Shown piece after piece: positions 1 through 9,704 of a DNA stretch of 64,000 nucleotides. Origin of the DNA: Gemmatimonadota bacterium (GTDB lineage: Bacteria > Gemmatimonadota > Gemmatimonadetes > Gemmatimonadales > Gemmatimonadaceae). The notes beneath the pieces are model-generated. The model had not been told where the DNA came from. It saw only the letters and a list, made by a program, of their open reading frames with translations, and ran no database searches. Both the position numbers and the translations under genes were made by a program. Each line of letters starts with the position of its first letter. The first letter of the stretch is position 1. Location of the stretch: NCBI GenBank assembly GCA_040389905.1, contig JAZJZK010000008.1, forward strand, positions 96,001-160,000, in the 5' to 3' direction.

Positions 1-1
1 G

Positions 2-202
2 ACCGCCGCCTGCGCGGGCGCGTTCGTGCTGGTCAAGCTGTCTGGCGAGCGCCACGTGCCGGCGCCGATATCCGCACTTGGCTTCGCCGTGGCGGCCAAT
101 ATCGCCGTCATTCATGCCTCGTGGCGCTTCGCCCTTGGCCACGAGGATCACATCTGGGAACCAACGCGTCGCGGAAGTCCCGCGACCGGCGCTGCAACCT
201 GA
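2..202 (+). CDS. C-terminal end of a probable GT2 membrane glycosyltransferase (partial, runs off the 5' edge)
   Basis: Frame 2 is open from the edge to TGA at 200-202: TAACAGAFVLVKL...LGFAVAANIAVIHASWRFALGHEDHIWEPTRR. Hydrophobic helices followed by a W-x-P-T-R tail, as in GT2 polymer synthases; next to a nucleotide-sugar dehydrogenase. Confidence 0.55.
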   Translation, partial: TAACAGAFVLVKLSGERHVPAPISALGFAVAANIAVIHASWRFALGHEDHIWEPTRRGSPATGAAT

Positions 203-206
203 CCGT

Positions 207-1583
207 CTAACGCGCCACGGAGGGCCGGAAAGCGCTCGATAGCGCGAGAATCCTGGCTCGGCCCGGGCGCGTTTTCGACGTCGCGTTTCGTGTGTCCACA
301 ATCACGTCGGCGTGATCGACGAGGTTCTGATAGTCGATCGACTTGTGGTCGGTGACGATCACGACGACGTCCGCCTCCCCAATCAATTCAGGCGTCAGTG
401 GTGTGCTGTGGCGAACCTCATGTGCGGACCCTGACTCGCCGTGGCCATCTGCGTGATCCACCGTGACGCGAAGCCTCGGGATGTACGGATCGTGATACTG
501 CACGCGTGCCCCTTGTGCCTCGAGCAGCCGGATGACGTCCAGTGCCGGGCTTTCTCGCGCGTCGTCGATGTCCCGCTTGTACGCGACGCCGAGGATGAGG
601 ACTAGGCTGCCGTTGACCGGCTTTCGGACAGAGTTGAGGGCAAAGACAACCTTCTCCACGGCGAACGACGGCATCGCCGTATTGATGTCGCCCGCCAGGT
701 CGATGAAGCGGGTCTTGTAGTTCAGCGTGCGCATCTTCCACGCGAGGTAGTGCGGGTCGAGCGGAATGCAGTGACCGCCGATGCCGGGGCCGGGCGTGAA
801 TTTCATGAATCCGAAGGGCTTGGTGGCGGCCGCCTCGATCACTTCCCACACGTCGATGCCAAGCTTGTCACAGACGATGGCCATTTCGTTCGCCATCGCG
901 ATGTTGACCGAGCGGAAGGTGTTTTCGAGCAGCTTCACCAACTCGGCGGCTTCCGTTGAACTCACGGGCACGACCGTATCGATGCATGAGGCGTAGAGCG
1001 CCGTCGCGACTTCGGTGCACGCGGGCGTGATGCCGCCGACCACCTTGGGCGTGTTCTTGGTCTGGTAGATCGGATTGCCAGGATCGACGCGCTCGGGGCT
1101 GAAGGCCACGAAAACGTCAGTTCCCACCGTGAACCGCGCCGGATCGAACTGCGACAGGATCACGTCGCGCGTCGTGCCCGGATAGGTCGTGCTCTCGAGC
1201 ACGACAAGGAGTCCCGGATGCGCAACTCGCGCGACGGTCTCGGCCGCGGCTTCGACGAAGCTCATATCGGGATCGCGGGTACGGCCGAGCGGCGTGGGGA
1301 CGGCGATGGAGATTGCGTCGCACGCGGACAACGCCATCGCGTCGGTCGTTGCCGAGAAGTGACCGGAGTTCACAAGCTGCGCGACCACGTCACTGGGGAC
1401 GTCCTGAATGTGCGATTCTCCAGAATTCAGGAGGTCGCACACCCGCTGGCTGACATCGAAGCCAATGACCTTGAAACCAACGCGAGCGAATTCGACGGCA
1501 AGCGGAAGTCCAACGTAACCAAGGCCGACGACGCCGATGGTGGCGCTGCGATCGGCGATTCGCGCCAAAAGTTGCTGTTTCAT
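207..1583 (-). CDS. UDP-N-acetylglucosamine/nucleotide-sugar 6-dehydrogenase (WbpA/TviB-like)
   Basis: Rossmann GLGYVGLP, ESTTYPGTT, FSPERVDPGN, KLLEN, catalytic GGHCIPLDP, AYKRDIDDARESP. Confidence 0.95.
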   Translation of the reverse strand: MKQQLLARIADRSATIGVVGLGYVGLPLAVEFARVGFKVIGFDVSQRVCDLLNSGESHIQDVPSDVVAQLVNSGHFSATTDAMALSACDAISIAVPTPLGRTRDPDMSFVEAAAETVARVAHPGLLVVLESTTYPGTTRDVILSQFDPARFTVGTDVFVAFSPERVDPGNPIYQTKNTPKVVGGITPACTEVATALYASCIDTVVPVSSTEAAELVKLLENTFRSVNIAMANEMAIVCDKLGIDVWEVIEAAATKPFGFMKFTPGPGIGGHCIPLDPHYLAWKMRTLNYKTRFIDLAGDINTAMPSFAVEKVVFALNSVRKPVNGSLVLILGVAYKRDIDDARESPALDVIRLLEAQGARVQYHDPYIPRLRVTVDHADGHGESGSAHEVRHSTPLTPELIGEADVVVIVTDHKSIDYQNLVDHADVIVDTRNATSKTRPGRARILALSSAFRPSVAR

Positions 1584-1719
1584 GACCTTTGATTTCTACT
1601 TGTGGGCGCCGGCGTCCCGATGGACCGCGCGGCAGGAGAGCAACCTAATCGAAGTCCGAGGGGTGCGAAATAGATCGGCACCGTGAGGCAACGGGGCGTG
1701 ACAACTTCCGTGAATTGGG

Positions 1720-2469
1720 TCACACTGACCGCTTTCGCAACGCACACATGATGTTCGATCGATAGGGTGCGAGCGAGTCGCGCCGCAGCACGCGCAGCGC
1801 GAGCAATTCGGCAAGCGCCAATGGCGGCACGCTCGCGAACACTGGCAACGTCGAAACAAATACGGCGGACTCGAGGTCGAGCCCCGCCGCGGTCGCGACA
1901 CGCGTGATATCCTCGAGGGAATTGGCCCGATAGTGCGTCGGAAAGACGTCGCTTTCCTGGCGTCCCTCGAGTATGCGCGCGAGATGCTGCTTCAGGGAGT
2001 CGGGCAGCAGGCGTGCGATCCGCACGTCGTAGGACAGCGAGTTCGGCGTATGAAACACGAATCGGCCGCCCGGCTTGAGCACGCGTCCGATTTCCGCGAA
2101 CTGGCGCGTGGGGTCATCGAGATGTTCGACCACCATGTTGGCGGTGACGAGGTCGAACGTATCCGACGAAAAAGGGAGCGAACGAGCGTCGGCACGTGCC
2201 ACCGTCCGCAGCGACCGATGCTTGCGCAGGGATTCCATGTCGTAATCGATACCAACCACGACGGGGACCTGCGTGACCATCTCCCGTTCCGCCTCGAGTC
2301 GCCAGTCCGGAAGCAACTGATGCCCGCACCCGAGGTCGAGCCACGTCTGCACGCCCCGCGTTCGGTCGCGAAGAAAACCCTCGAAGTGGTCCTGAGAGTA
2401 CCGAAGTTCAGGCACGAGCCGATGCTGCATCCAGTCAGTGATTCGGCGTGACCGGTCTGCGAGGCTCAT
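1720..2469 (-). CDS. class I SAM-dependent methyltransferase (Methyltransf_11-like)
   Basis: LDLGCG motif I; ADARSLPFSSDTFDLV; VEHL; RVLKPGGRF. Start 2469 or 2475. Confidence 0.9.
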   Translation of the reverse strand: MSLADRSRRITDWMQHRLVPELRYSQDHFEGFLRDRTRGVQTWLDLGCGHQLLPDWRLEAEREMVTQVPVVVGIDYDMESLRKHRSLRTVARADARSLPFSSDTFDLVTANMVVEHLDDPTRQFAEIGRVLKPGGRFVFHTPNSLSYDVRIARLLPDSLKQHLARILEGRQESDVFPTHYRANSLEDITRVATAAGLDLESAVFVSTLPVFASVPPLALAELLALRVLRRDSLAPYRSNIMCALRKRSV

Positions 2470-2659
2470 GACCATCGGTTCAGGAAAGAAACGCCGACCC
2501 GAGGTCGGAATACATGGGACTTGGCGGCGAGGCTCCGCACGGAGTCGTAGAATAGTCCGTGCCTATGCCATGAACAAGGATTGGCCCGCTCGCCTGGCCG
2601 GCTCGCGTGCCGGTGCCGTGCCGGGCACGAACTGCCAACAATCGGGATATATTGTGACC

Positions 2660-3019
2660 ATGATACGGAATGACAAGGAGTTGATCGTCGTCGGCGATCG
2701 GGTGTTGATCAAGGTCGAAGAGGGCGAGGAACGGACGAACGTCGGGCTGTACCTTCCCTCGACGGCGATCGACAGCCAGGCCGTGCAGGGAGGCACCATT
2801 GTCGCGACAGGTCCCGGTCAGCCCATGCCGAGCTTCGACGCGGCCGCAGGAGACGAGCCCTGGAAGGAACCTGTGCGGGAAACACGCTTCGTCCCCATGC
2901 AGGCACGCTGTGGCGATTACGCCTTGTTCTTCCGAAAGGCATCCGTCGAAATCACGTTCGAACACGAGCGCTATCTTGTCGTGCCCCAAGCCGCCATTCT
3001 CGCATTGGTGCGAGAGTAG
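2660..3019 (+). CDS. groES: stand-alone co-chaperonin GroES-family protein
   Basis: VGDRVLIK, mobile loop EERTNVGLYLP, GTIVATGPG, GDYALF, AILALV. Start moved to ATG 2660. No groEL adjacent. Confidence 0.85.
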   Translation: MIRNDKELIVVGDRVLIKVEEGEERTNVGLYLPSTAIDSQAVQGGTIVATGPGQPMPSFDAAAGDEPWKEPVRETRFVPMQARCGDYALFFRKASVEITFEHERYLVVPQAAILALVRE

Positions 3020-3061
3020 CGGCTGCCGGCCGGCGGTCAAATCATTACGAGGTTGCAAATG

Positions 3062-3481
3062 ATGTACGACGAACGTTTTATCTCCCCCATGCGCCAGGAG
3101 CTCACGCGGCTCGGCGTCGAGGAACTCCGCACCGCCTCCGACGTCGACGCAAAACTCCAGAATGCGCCGGGCACCACGTTGCTCGTGGTCAACTCGATGT
3201 GCGGCTGCGCTGCCCGCAATGCCCGCCCTGCGGTGGCGTCGGCGCTCGAGCACTCCGCCAAGCCCGATCACCTGACGACCGTATTCGCCGGACAGGACCC
3301 CGAGGCAACGGCGCGTGCACGCGCATACCTCACCGGATACCCGCCCAGCTCTCCGTCCATTGGCCTGTTGAAGGACGGGAAGTTGGTCTTCATGCTCGAG
3401 CGGTATCAAATCGAAGGTCGGAGCGCTGGAGAGATCTCGAACGACCTCGTCAAGGCGTTCGACCAGTATTGCACGACCTAA
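3062..3481 (+). CDS. BrxA/BrxB-family bacilliredoxin (YphP/YqiW, DUF1094)
   Basis: PMRQELT, VNSMCGCAA (CGC motif), TVFAGQD, PPSSPSIGLLKDG, IEGRS. Confidence 0.92.
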   Translation: MYDERFISPMRQELTRLGVEELRTASDVDAKLQNAPGTTLLVVNSMCGCAARNARPAVASALEHSAKPDHLTTVFAGQDPEATARARAYLTGYPPSSPSIGLLKDGKLVFMLERYQIEGRSAGEISNDLVKAFDQYCTT

Positions 3482-3591
3482 GGTAGGCCGGCCTGCACGC
3501 CGGCCGCTGGCAGGAATTCCGCGGGATCTCCCTCCGTACGCTGGATGCATGCGCCCAGCGTGCGTGGCTCTCGGCCGTACTCGTCGGCGTA

Positions 3592-5112
3592 TTGGGTTTC
3601 TCCCTCGCATGGGCCGCCACCGCAGCCAAGGGGTTTCCCGGCCCTCGCGTAAACGACGAACACAGTTACCTGCTGGGCGCTGAGACATTCGCGAAGGGGC
3701 GGTTGACCAATCCGCCCCATCCGATGGCGCGATACTTCGAGACGTTTCACGTCCTTCAACACCCGACGTATACCTCGAAGTACCCGCCCGCGAACGCGCT
3801 GGTCATCGCAGCGGGCTGGGCGGTGAGCGGCCGGCCCATCGTGGGGGTCTGGCTGTCGTTCGCGTTCATGGGCGTGGCGTGCTATTGGATGTTCCGTGCG
3901 TGGCTGGGCAACCGATGGGGACTCGCGGTCGGAGTCGCCAACACGGTGTGGATCGGTCTCAGTGAGGCGATGAGTTATTGGGGTACCTCGTACTGGGGAG
4001 GCGCGCTCGCGGCCGGTGCTGGCGCGCTGGTCATGGGTGCGCTGTACCGGATCGTACAGCGCCAGGCCAAAGCGTCGGCCGGTGTCGCACTCGGTGTCGG
4101 TCTCCTGCTACTTGCGAACACGAGACCCTTCGAGGGACTGTTGCTCGCGCTGCCCGCGGCGTTCGCGCTGCTCGGCTGGTGGCGGCGAACCATCCGTGTC
4201 AATCGCGGCGAGGTGCTTCGAGTTGCCGTACCGCTCACCGTCATCATGGCCGTTGGATTCGCTGCCATGGGAACGTACAATTCGGCGGTCACGGGAAGTT
4301 GGCGGAAGATGCCATACTCCGCCTATCAGGAGGCACGCGATCCGATCCCCGTCTTCCTGTGGCAACAGGCCGCCCCAATGCCGACCGCGACCAACGTCTC
4401 GTTTGAAAAGTTCGTGACGTGGGAGGATTCCGTGTACCGGTCGTCGAGAACACCGGCCGGACGCTTCAGTTATGTGCGGAGGGTCGTGAGGGATTACTTC
4501 GGGCACCTCGTACCCGAGGCCGCGCTGTTTCCGTTGGTGCTGCTGCCGTGGACGCTGCGGAAGCGGTGGACGCGCTTTGCCATTGGCGTCATCGTGCTCT
4601 CCTGTGTCGGGATGGGGCTGACGACGTGGTTCCAGATCCACTATGGCGCGCCGATGCTTGGGCTTGCGCTGGTGGTGTATGGGGAATGCCTGCGCAAAAT
4701 GGCGAGACTTCGGCTCGGTACGCAGCCAGTTGGGGCCGCGCTGTCGGCGGCGGCTCTCCTCTTCTGGATGCTTGCTGGAGCCATGAGCTTCATTCAGACG
4801 ACGCCGCGCAGCTCCTCGTACTGGTCTGCATCCGGCGATTGGCCGACGCAGCGGCAGCTGATTGCGGATACACTGACGCGCACCGCTCCGCGTAGCCTGG
4901 CCATCGTGCGATACGGGCCCAACCACAAGTACGCGTCGGAGTGGGTGTACAATGCCGCCGACATCGACGCGGCGCCGATGGTCTGGGCGCGCGATTTCGG
5001 TGATGCGGGGAACGCGCCGTTGCTTGCGTACTTCAAATCACGTGCGGTGTGGATCGTTGACGTGAATGGTGAGTCGGGCCCATTTCGCGTGACGCGGTAC
5101 TCGCCGCCGTGA
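3592..5112 (+). CDS. multi-pass membrane protein, GT-C/ArnT-PMT-like glycosyltransferase candidate
   Basis: DE motif in the first loop (NDEHSYLL), SKYPP, about 10 TM helices, NTRPFEG, C-terminal soluble domain (EWVYNAADID). The true start may be further upstream (frame open from 3487). Confidence 0.6.
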   Translation: MGFSLAWAATAAKGFPGPRVNDEHSYLLGAETFAKGRLTNPPHPMARYFETFHVLQHPTYTSKYPPANALVIAAGWAVSGRPIVGVWLSFAFMGVACYWMFRAWLGNRWGLAVGVANTVWIGLSEAMSYWGTSYWGGALAAGAGALVMGALYRIVQRQAKASAGVALGVGLLLLANTRPFEGLLLALPAAFALLGWWRRTIRVNRGEVLRVAVPLTVIMAVGFAAMGTYNSAVTGSWRKMPYSAYQEARDPIPVFLWQQAAPMPTATNVSFEKFVTWEDSVYRSSRTPAGRFSYVRRVVRDYFGHLVPEAALFPLVLLPWTLRKRWTRFAIGVIVLSCVGMGLTTWFQIHYGAPMLGLALVVYGECLRKMARLRLGTQPVGAALSAAALLFWMLAGAMSFIQTTPRSSSYWSASGDWPTQRQLIADTLTRTAPRSLAIVRYGPNHKYASEWVYNAADIDAAPMVWARDFGDAGNAPLLAYFKSRAVWIVDVNGESGPFRVTRYSPP

Positions 5113-5741
5113 GCCCCCTTCTGGATGACGTGATCGGCGTCGCGCACAACCGGATGATTCTCAGCCGGCGCGTCACCGTGTTGTCCAAATGGTTCGCGGA
5201 ACTGATGCCGCCACAGGCACGCGTCCTCGATGTCGGTTGCGGCGACGGTGCGCTCTCCGCGCGGCTCGGCGCGTTGCGTTCCGATCTCGCGATCGAGGGC
5301 GTGGACGTGCTTGCGCGCGAGAAATCGCAGATTCCGGTCACGCTGTTCGATGGTACTCGGCTGCCGTTCGACGACGAGTCGTTCGACGCCGTCATGTTCT
5401 CGGACGTGCTTCACCATACCGCGGACCCCACCGTACTGCAGCGAGAGGCGCGGCGCGTTGCTCGGCGACATGTGCTCATCAAGGACCACTTCGTGGCGGG
5501 CTTCGCGGCTAACGCGCGCTTGCGCGCGATGGATTGGGTCGGCAACGCGCGCTTCGGAGTCAGCCTGCCTTACAACTACTGGCGAGAAGCGGAATGGCTC
5601 GCCGTATGGAGCTCACTCGGCCTCAGGCTCGAGCGAATCGTTCGGGAGCTCGGCCTGTACGCCGAGCCCCTCAACCGCGTCACAGGCGCGGGGTTGCACT
5701 TCGTTGCGCGTCTCGAGAAAGCCGATATGCGTCCAGAATGA
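5109..5741 (+). CDS. class I SAM-dependent methyltransferase
   Basis: VLDVGCGDG, FDGTRLPFDDESFD, DVLHH; GTGA overlap with the upstream gene. Confidence 0.9.
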   Translation: MSPLLDDVIGVAHNRMILSRRVTVLSKWFAELMPPQARVLDVGCGDGALSARLGALRSDLAIEGVDVLAREKSQIPVTLFDGTRLPFDDESFDAVMFSDVLHHTADPTVLQREARRVARRHVLIKDHFVAGFAANARLRAMDWVGNARFGVSLPYNYWREAEWLAVWSSLGLRLERIVRELGLYAEPLNRVTGAGLHFVARLEKADMRPE

Positions 5742-5816
5742 AGATCGAACGCGTTTGAAGCTGCGAGAAGCCCGGTTCATGAGAGATCTGTGTTCCTTCT
5801 GAGGTGGCAACGATCT

Positions 5817-5998
5817 TTACCGCGGAGGACGCAGAGGCCATTCGCACCTGAGTAACCTCCGTGGCGATGGACCGCAGAGGGTCGCAGAGGAACTTCAAAA
5901 AAAAGTACCAACTCCGTTCCGCAGCCCTTTGCGCCCCTCTGCGGTCCGGTGCATTGATACGTGCACGGTGGTCAGAACCTCTGCGTCCTCTGCGGTAA
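5817..5998. repeat. nested inverted repeats of an ACCGCAGAGG-CGCAGAGG family (REP-like)
   Basis: Outer arms TTACCGCGGAGGACGCAGAGG 5817-5837 / CCTCTGCGTCCTCTGCGGTAA 5978-5998; inner arms 5869-5890 / 5926-5947. Lies between convergent genes. Confidence 0.85.
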
Positions 5999-6047
5999 GC
6001 TTTGCTTTTGCTCTTGGGCCAGCCACAATCGAATTACACCAATCCAA

Positions 6048-7283
6048 CTAGCGCTTCGAGAAGCCCAACAGACTAAGGAAGAAACTCGACATGACGATTT
6101 CGGAGCCCAGCGCCATTGAAATGAGCGCGGGCATGAGAATGCGTGTCGTGTGCGCGGGGTCGAGCGCGCCGAAGTGCACGCTGCTCCATCCCGTCACGGC
6201 CACGCCGATTCCCGCCACGCCCGCCGCGATGAAGACCAGCCCGACAATCAGCCCCACTTCCAGTGTGACGTAGTTATAGAGCGTGTCCATGCGTTCGTCC
6301 GGCGGGAGGAGCGCCTGTGACGTTCCGAATATTTTCGCGAACACCGCGAATGCGATCGCCTGGAAGCCGACGAGCACCATCATGCCGAACGTCATGAGGG
6401 AGTGGATATCGAGTTCGATGCGACCTACCGTGCGCGGTCCGGGGATCAGCCATGCCATTCCCAGCACACCGGACAGCATGATCAGCGCGCCGGGATAGAG
6501 AAAAAGCCAGCGCGGACTGTACAGCAGAAGAAAGCGCAGATGTCGCCATCCGTCGCGCCACGTTCGTAAGTGTGGAGGCCGGCTGCGGCCGTCGGGGCTC
6601 AGCGTCGTCGGTACCTCATCGACGCGCATGCCCAGCAGTGTTGCGCGCACCACCATCTCGCTGGCGAACTCCATACCCGCCGCCTGCAGATTCATCCGGG
6701 CGTACGCGGACTTGGTGAACGCGCGGAGGCCGCAGTGAAAATCTCCGATCGGGCTGTGAAAGAACACGCGGCCAATCGTGGTGAGCACCGGATTGCCGAG
6801 GTAGCGGTGCAGGCGGGGCATGGCTCCCTGCTGTATACCTCCGAGGAACCGGTTGCCCATCACGAGATCCGCGCCGTCGCGCAACCGCTCGAGGAATCGG
6901 GGAAGATGCGAGAAGTCATAGCTGTCGTCCGCATCGCCCATCATCACGAACTCGCTATGTGCCGACGCGATCCCGGCCTTGAGCGCGTTGCCGTATCCGC
7001 GCGCCGACACATGGACGACGCGCGCCCCCAACGCGCTGGCGATCTCCCGCGAGCCATCGGTGCTTCCATTGTCCGCGACGACGATCTCGCCGCGGACACG
7101 TGCACCGCTGATCGCACGCTGGGCCTTCTCGATGCACACCGCCAGTGTCTCTGCTTCGTCGAGACACGGCATCACGATCGTCACATCCAATGGATGTGAC
7201 TCCGTGTGTTCCGTCAGCGTGAGCAGGTCAATTGGCGTAGCGAATCCAGCGGGCCAACTCAGAGTACGACGGGCGCTTTCCAT
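6048..7283 (-). CDS. GT2 polyprenol-phosphate sugar synthase (DPM1/GtrB-like) with C-terminal TM helices
   Basis: VMPCLDEA, VADNGSTDGS, GYGNAL, MGDADDSYD (DxD), DFHCGLRAF, MEFASEM, RTWRDGWRHL. Start uncertain (conserved part begins about 7190). Confidence 0.9.
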   Translation of the reverse strand: MESARRTLSWPAGFATPIDLLTLTEHTESHPLDVTIVMPCLDEAETLAVCIEKAQRAISGARVRGEIVVADNGSTDGSREIASALGARVVHVSARGYGNALKAGIASAHSEFVMMGDADDSYDFSHLPRFLERLRDGADLVMGNRFLGGIQQGAMPRLHRYLGNPVLTTIGRVFFHSPIGDFHCGLRAFTKSAYARMNLQAAGMEFASEMVVRATLLGMRVDEVPTTLSPDGRSRPPHLRTWRDGWRHLRFLLLYSPRWLFLYPGALIMLSGVLGMAWLIPGPRTVGRIELDIHSLMTFGMMVLVGFQAIAFAVFAKIFGTSQALLPPDERMDTLYNYVTLEVGLIVGLVFIAAGVAGIGVAVTGWSSVHFGALDPAHTTRILMPALISMALGSEIVMSSFFLSLLGFSKR

Positions 7284-8574
7284 ACATCAGCAGTCCGACA
7301 CGATAAATGCGCGCCGACAGCCAGATCGCAGCGACACACGAGACCGCAACGCCGCCGAGCGAGATCGCAAGCTCGTACCATGGGACCCCGATCAGGGACA
7401 TCCTGAGTGGCATGAGGATCGGTGCGGACCAGGGCAGCAGCGACATTACGCGCGCCAAGCCGCTTCCCGGTGCCGTGAGAATGGGTGCCATGAAGATGAC
7501 CGACGAGACCAGCATGATCATCACTGGCATCGACGCCTGTTGCACGTCCTCCTGGCTGCTCACCATCGCACCAGCCGCGGCGAACAACGACGCATAGAAA
7601 ATGAATCCGAGCACGAAATACGCGAAGATCATGAGCGATGTGCCAAGCGTCGGGAGGGCGGCGGTAATGGCGTCCGTCGGCAAGCCGCGGGATGCGGCCG
7701 CGGCGGCGCCCACTTCTGCCGGCGGCATCATCTTCGCGATGAGCAATGGCCCGAGATACAGCAGCATTCCCAGTGTCAGCCCCACCCACGAAAGCACCTG
7801 CGTGATGGCCACCAGCCCAACGCCGAGCACCTTGCCCGCGAGTAACGTGTCGGTGGATACGCTGGACACGATCACCTCGGCGACGCGCGTCGTCTTCTCG
7901 TCCATGACGGCGCGAAGAATCTGCTGCCCATACAGCGCGATCATGATGTACAGCAGGAAGGCGACGATATAGCCGAACGCGAGATTGCCAAGTCCACCGC
8001 CCTTTTCGCGGCCGTTATTACCGATGCGCTCCTTTCGTGTTTCCAGCCGGTCTTTCGTCAGGGCGGCAATCTTCGCGGGGTCGAGCCCTTCGCCCTCGAG
8101 ACGCAGGGCCAGGACTTGCTGACGAACGCCGGACATGAGCGCCTCGACGTCACTGACGGACCCGGCGTTTCGGCCCGCGTATCGGACATACTTGTTGCCG
8201 ATCGTGTTGCTGTCGAGGACGATGAAGCCGTTAATCTCCTTCTGCGCCACTTGGGTCACCGCAGCGGAATCCGCGGCGTCGAGTTGCTCCGGCTTCAGCA
8301 CCTGCACGCGAGGCGCCGGCGCGGACGGGTACCGCTCTCCAATCGCCTTCCCGACGCGCGCGCCGAGTGCGGTACCGGTGGCATCGAGAATAGCGATTTT
8401 CGTGAGCTCGGCCCCTGGGCGTTGGCGGATCGAGATCCATGACGGCAGGATCAGAATAACCGCAAAGAAGACAGGACCCAGCAGCGTCCCGATGAGAAAC
8501 CACTTGGAGCGTACGCGCTCGAGATACTCGCGCCGAAAGACGACGCCGAGTTTGCGCATATTAACCTTGGCCAC
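7228..8574 (-). CDS. ABC-2 type transporter permease (NatB/YhaP-like)
   Basis: N-terminal TM, large extracytoplasmic loop, DEKTTRVAEVIVSSV and GKVLG motifs, C-terminal TMs, ARIYRVGLLMYGK. Confidence 0.9.
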   Translation of the reverse strand: MAKVNMRKLGVVFRREYLERVRSKWFLIGTLLGPVFFAVILILPSWISIRQRPGAELTKIAILDATGTALGARVGKAIGERYPSAPAPRVQVLKPEQLDAADSAAVTQVAQKEINGFIVLDSNTIGNKYVRYAGRNAGSVSDVEALMSGVRQQVLALRLEGEGLDPAKIAALTKDRLETRKERIGNNGREKGGGLGNLAFGYIVAFLLYIMIALYGQQILRAVMDEKTTRVAEVIVSSVSTDTLLAGKVLGVGLVAITQVLSWVGLTLGMLLYLGPLLIAKMMPPAEVGAAAAASRGLPTDAITAALPTLGTSLMIFAYFVLGFIFYASLFAAAGAMVSSQEDVQQASMPVMIMLVSSVIFMAPILTAPGSGLARVMSLLPWSAPILMPLRMSLIGVPWYELAISLGGVAVSCVAAIWLSARIYRVGLLMYGKRPSYSELARWIRYAN

Positions 8575-9526
8575 TCATGCCCTCCTCGACGCCTTTGGCG
8601 CCGACTTTTTCAAGGAAGATCTGGTGCAGCGAGGGCTGCACCAGTTCGAAGCGTTGAATCAGCGCACCTGTCTCGACGACGCGACGCAACAACATCTGCG
8701 GATCGGCGCCGGGGGCGAGCTCGATTTCGTAGTAGCGGTTCTGGTCATCGACGCGCGACGCGAGCGAGCGGTCGGCGAGCACATGGGCAATGCTGTCGCG
8801 GGATTCCCCAGCGACGCTGAGCGCCACCACGCGCGTCCCGTGCGCGGCCTTCACGTCGGCGACCTGGCCATCGAGCACCTTGTCGCCGTGCGCGATGATG
8901 CAGACGGAGTCACAGAGTCGCTCGGCGTTGTCCATGAGGTGCGTGCTGAAGATCACCGTCTTGCCGCGCGACTTGAGCTCGACGACCGTGTCCTTCAGCG
9001 CCTGCGCGTTGATGGGATCGAGCCCGGAGAAGGGCTCATCGAGAATGATCAGATCGGGGTCGTGAAGCAGGGTGCCGATGAACTGGACTTTCTGCTGCAT
9101 GCCGCGGGAGAGCTCGTCGATCTTGGAAAGGCCCCAATCCTTCTCGGGGGTCTTGAGCTCGAAGCGCTCCATCCATTCGGCGATGCGGCTTTCGGCGACC
9201 CGTCCGGACATGCCTTTCAATTCGGCGAGGAACTTGAGGACCCGGTTGACCTGCATCTTCTTGTAGAGTCCACGCTCCTCCGGCAGGTAGCCAATCCGGT
9301 CCGTGGCTCCCTCGGTCAGGTGTGGCTGGCCGAGCAGCGTGATGGAACCACTATCAGGGACGATGATGTTGAGGATCATCCGGATGGTGGTCGTCTTGCC
9401 GGCACCGTTCGGCCCGAGGAGCCCGTAGACGGCGCCGCGAGGTACGGCGAGCGAGAGGTCACGCACGGCAACGTGTTCCGCGTACCGCTTGGACACGTTC
9501 CGGATATCGATGGCGAGTTGAGACAT
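8561..9526 (-). CDS. ABC transporter ATP-binding protein (NatA/YhaQ-like)
   Basis: Walker A GPNGAGKTT, YLPEERGLY, signature LSRGMQQK, Walker B IILDEPFSGLD, C-terminal PSLHQIF domain. Confidence 0.95.
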   Translation of the reverse strand: MSQLAIDIRNVSKRYAEHVAVRDLSLAVPRGAVYGLLGPNGAGKTTTIRMILNIIVPDSGSITLLGQPHLTEGATDRIGYLPEERGLYKKMQVNRVLKFLAELKGMSGRVAESRIAEWMERFELKTPEKDWGLSKIDELSRGMQQKVQFIGTLLHDPDLIILDEPFSGLDPINAQALKDTVVELKSRGKTVIFSTHLMDNAERLCDSVCIIAHGDKVLDGQVADVKAAHGTRVVALSVAGESRDSIAHVLADRSLASRVDDQNRYYEIELAPGADPQMLLRRVVETGALIQRFELVQPSLHQIFLEKVGAKGVEEGMSGQG

Positions 9527-9704
9527 GGGCAGGGGTGAGGACTAGCCAATATACGAATTGGCGCGGACTTCGTTTCGCCGTCAGAGGTCGGACGGGAGGA
9601 CCGCCGGCTGGCGAAGACGGCAGCAATCGCTCGCGCGTATCATTTCTTGGTATATTGGCGCGCACGCCCGAGGGCATTTCCTCGTGCGCCTCGCCCGCGC
9701 CGCT

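Noticed and set aside
8135..9538. 467-aa plus-strand ORF
   Set aside because: Antisense to the clear ABC ATPase and permease.
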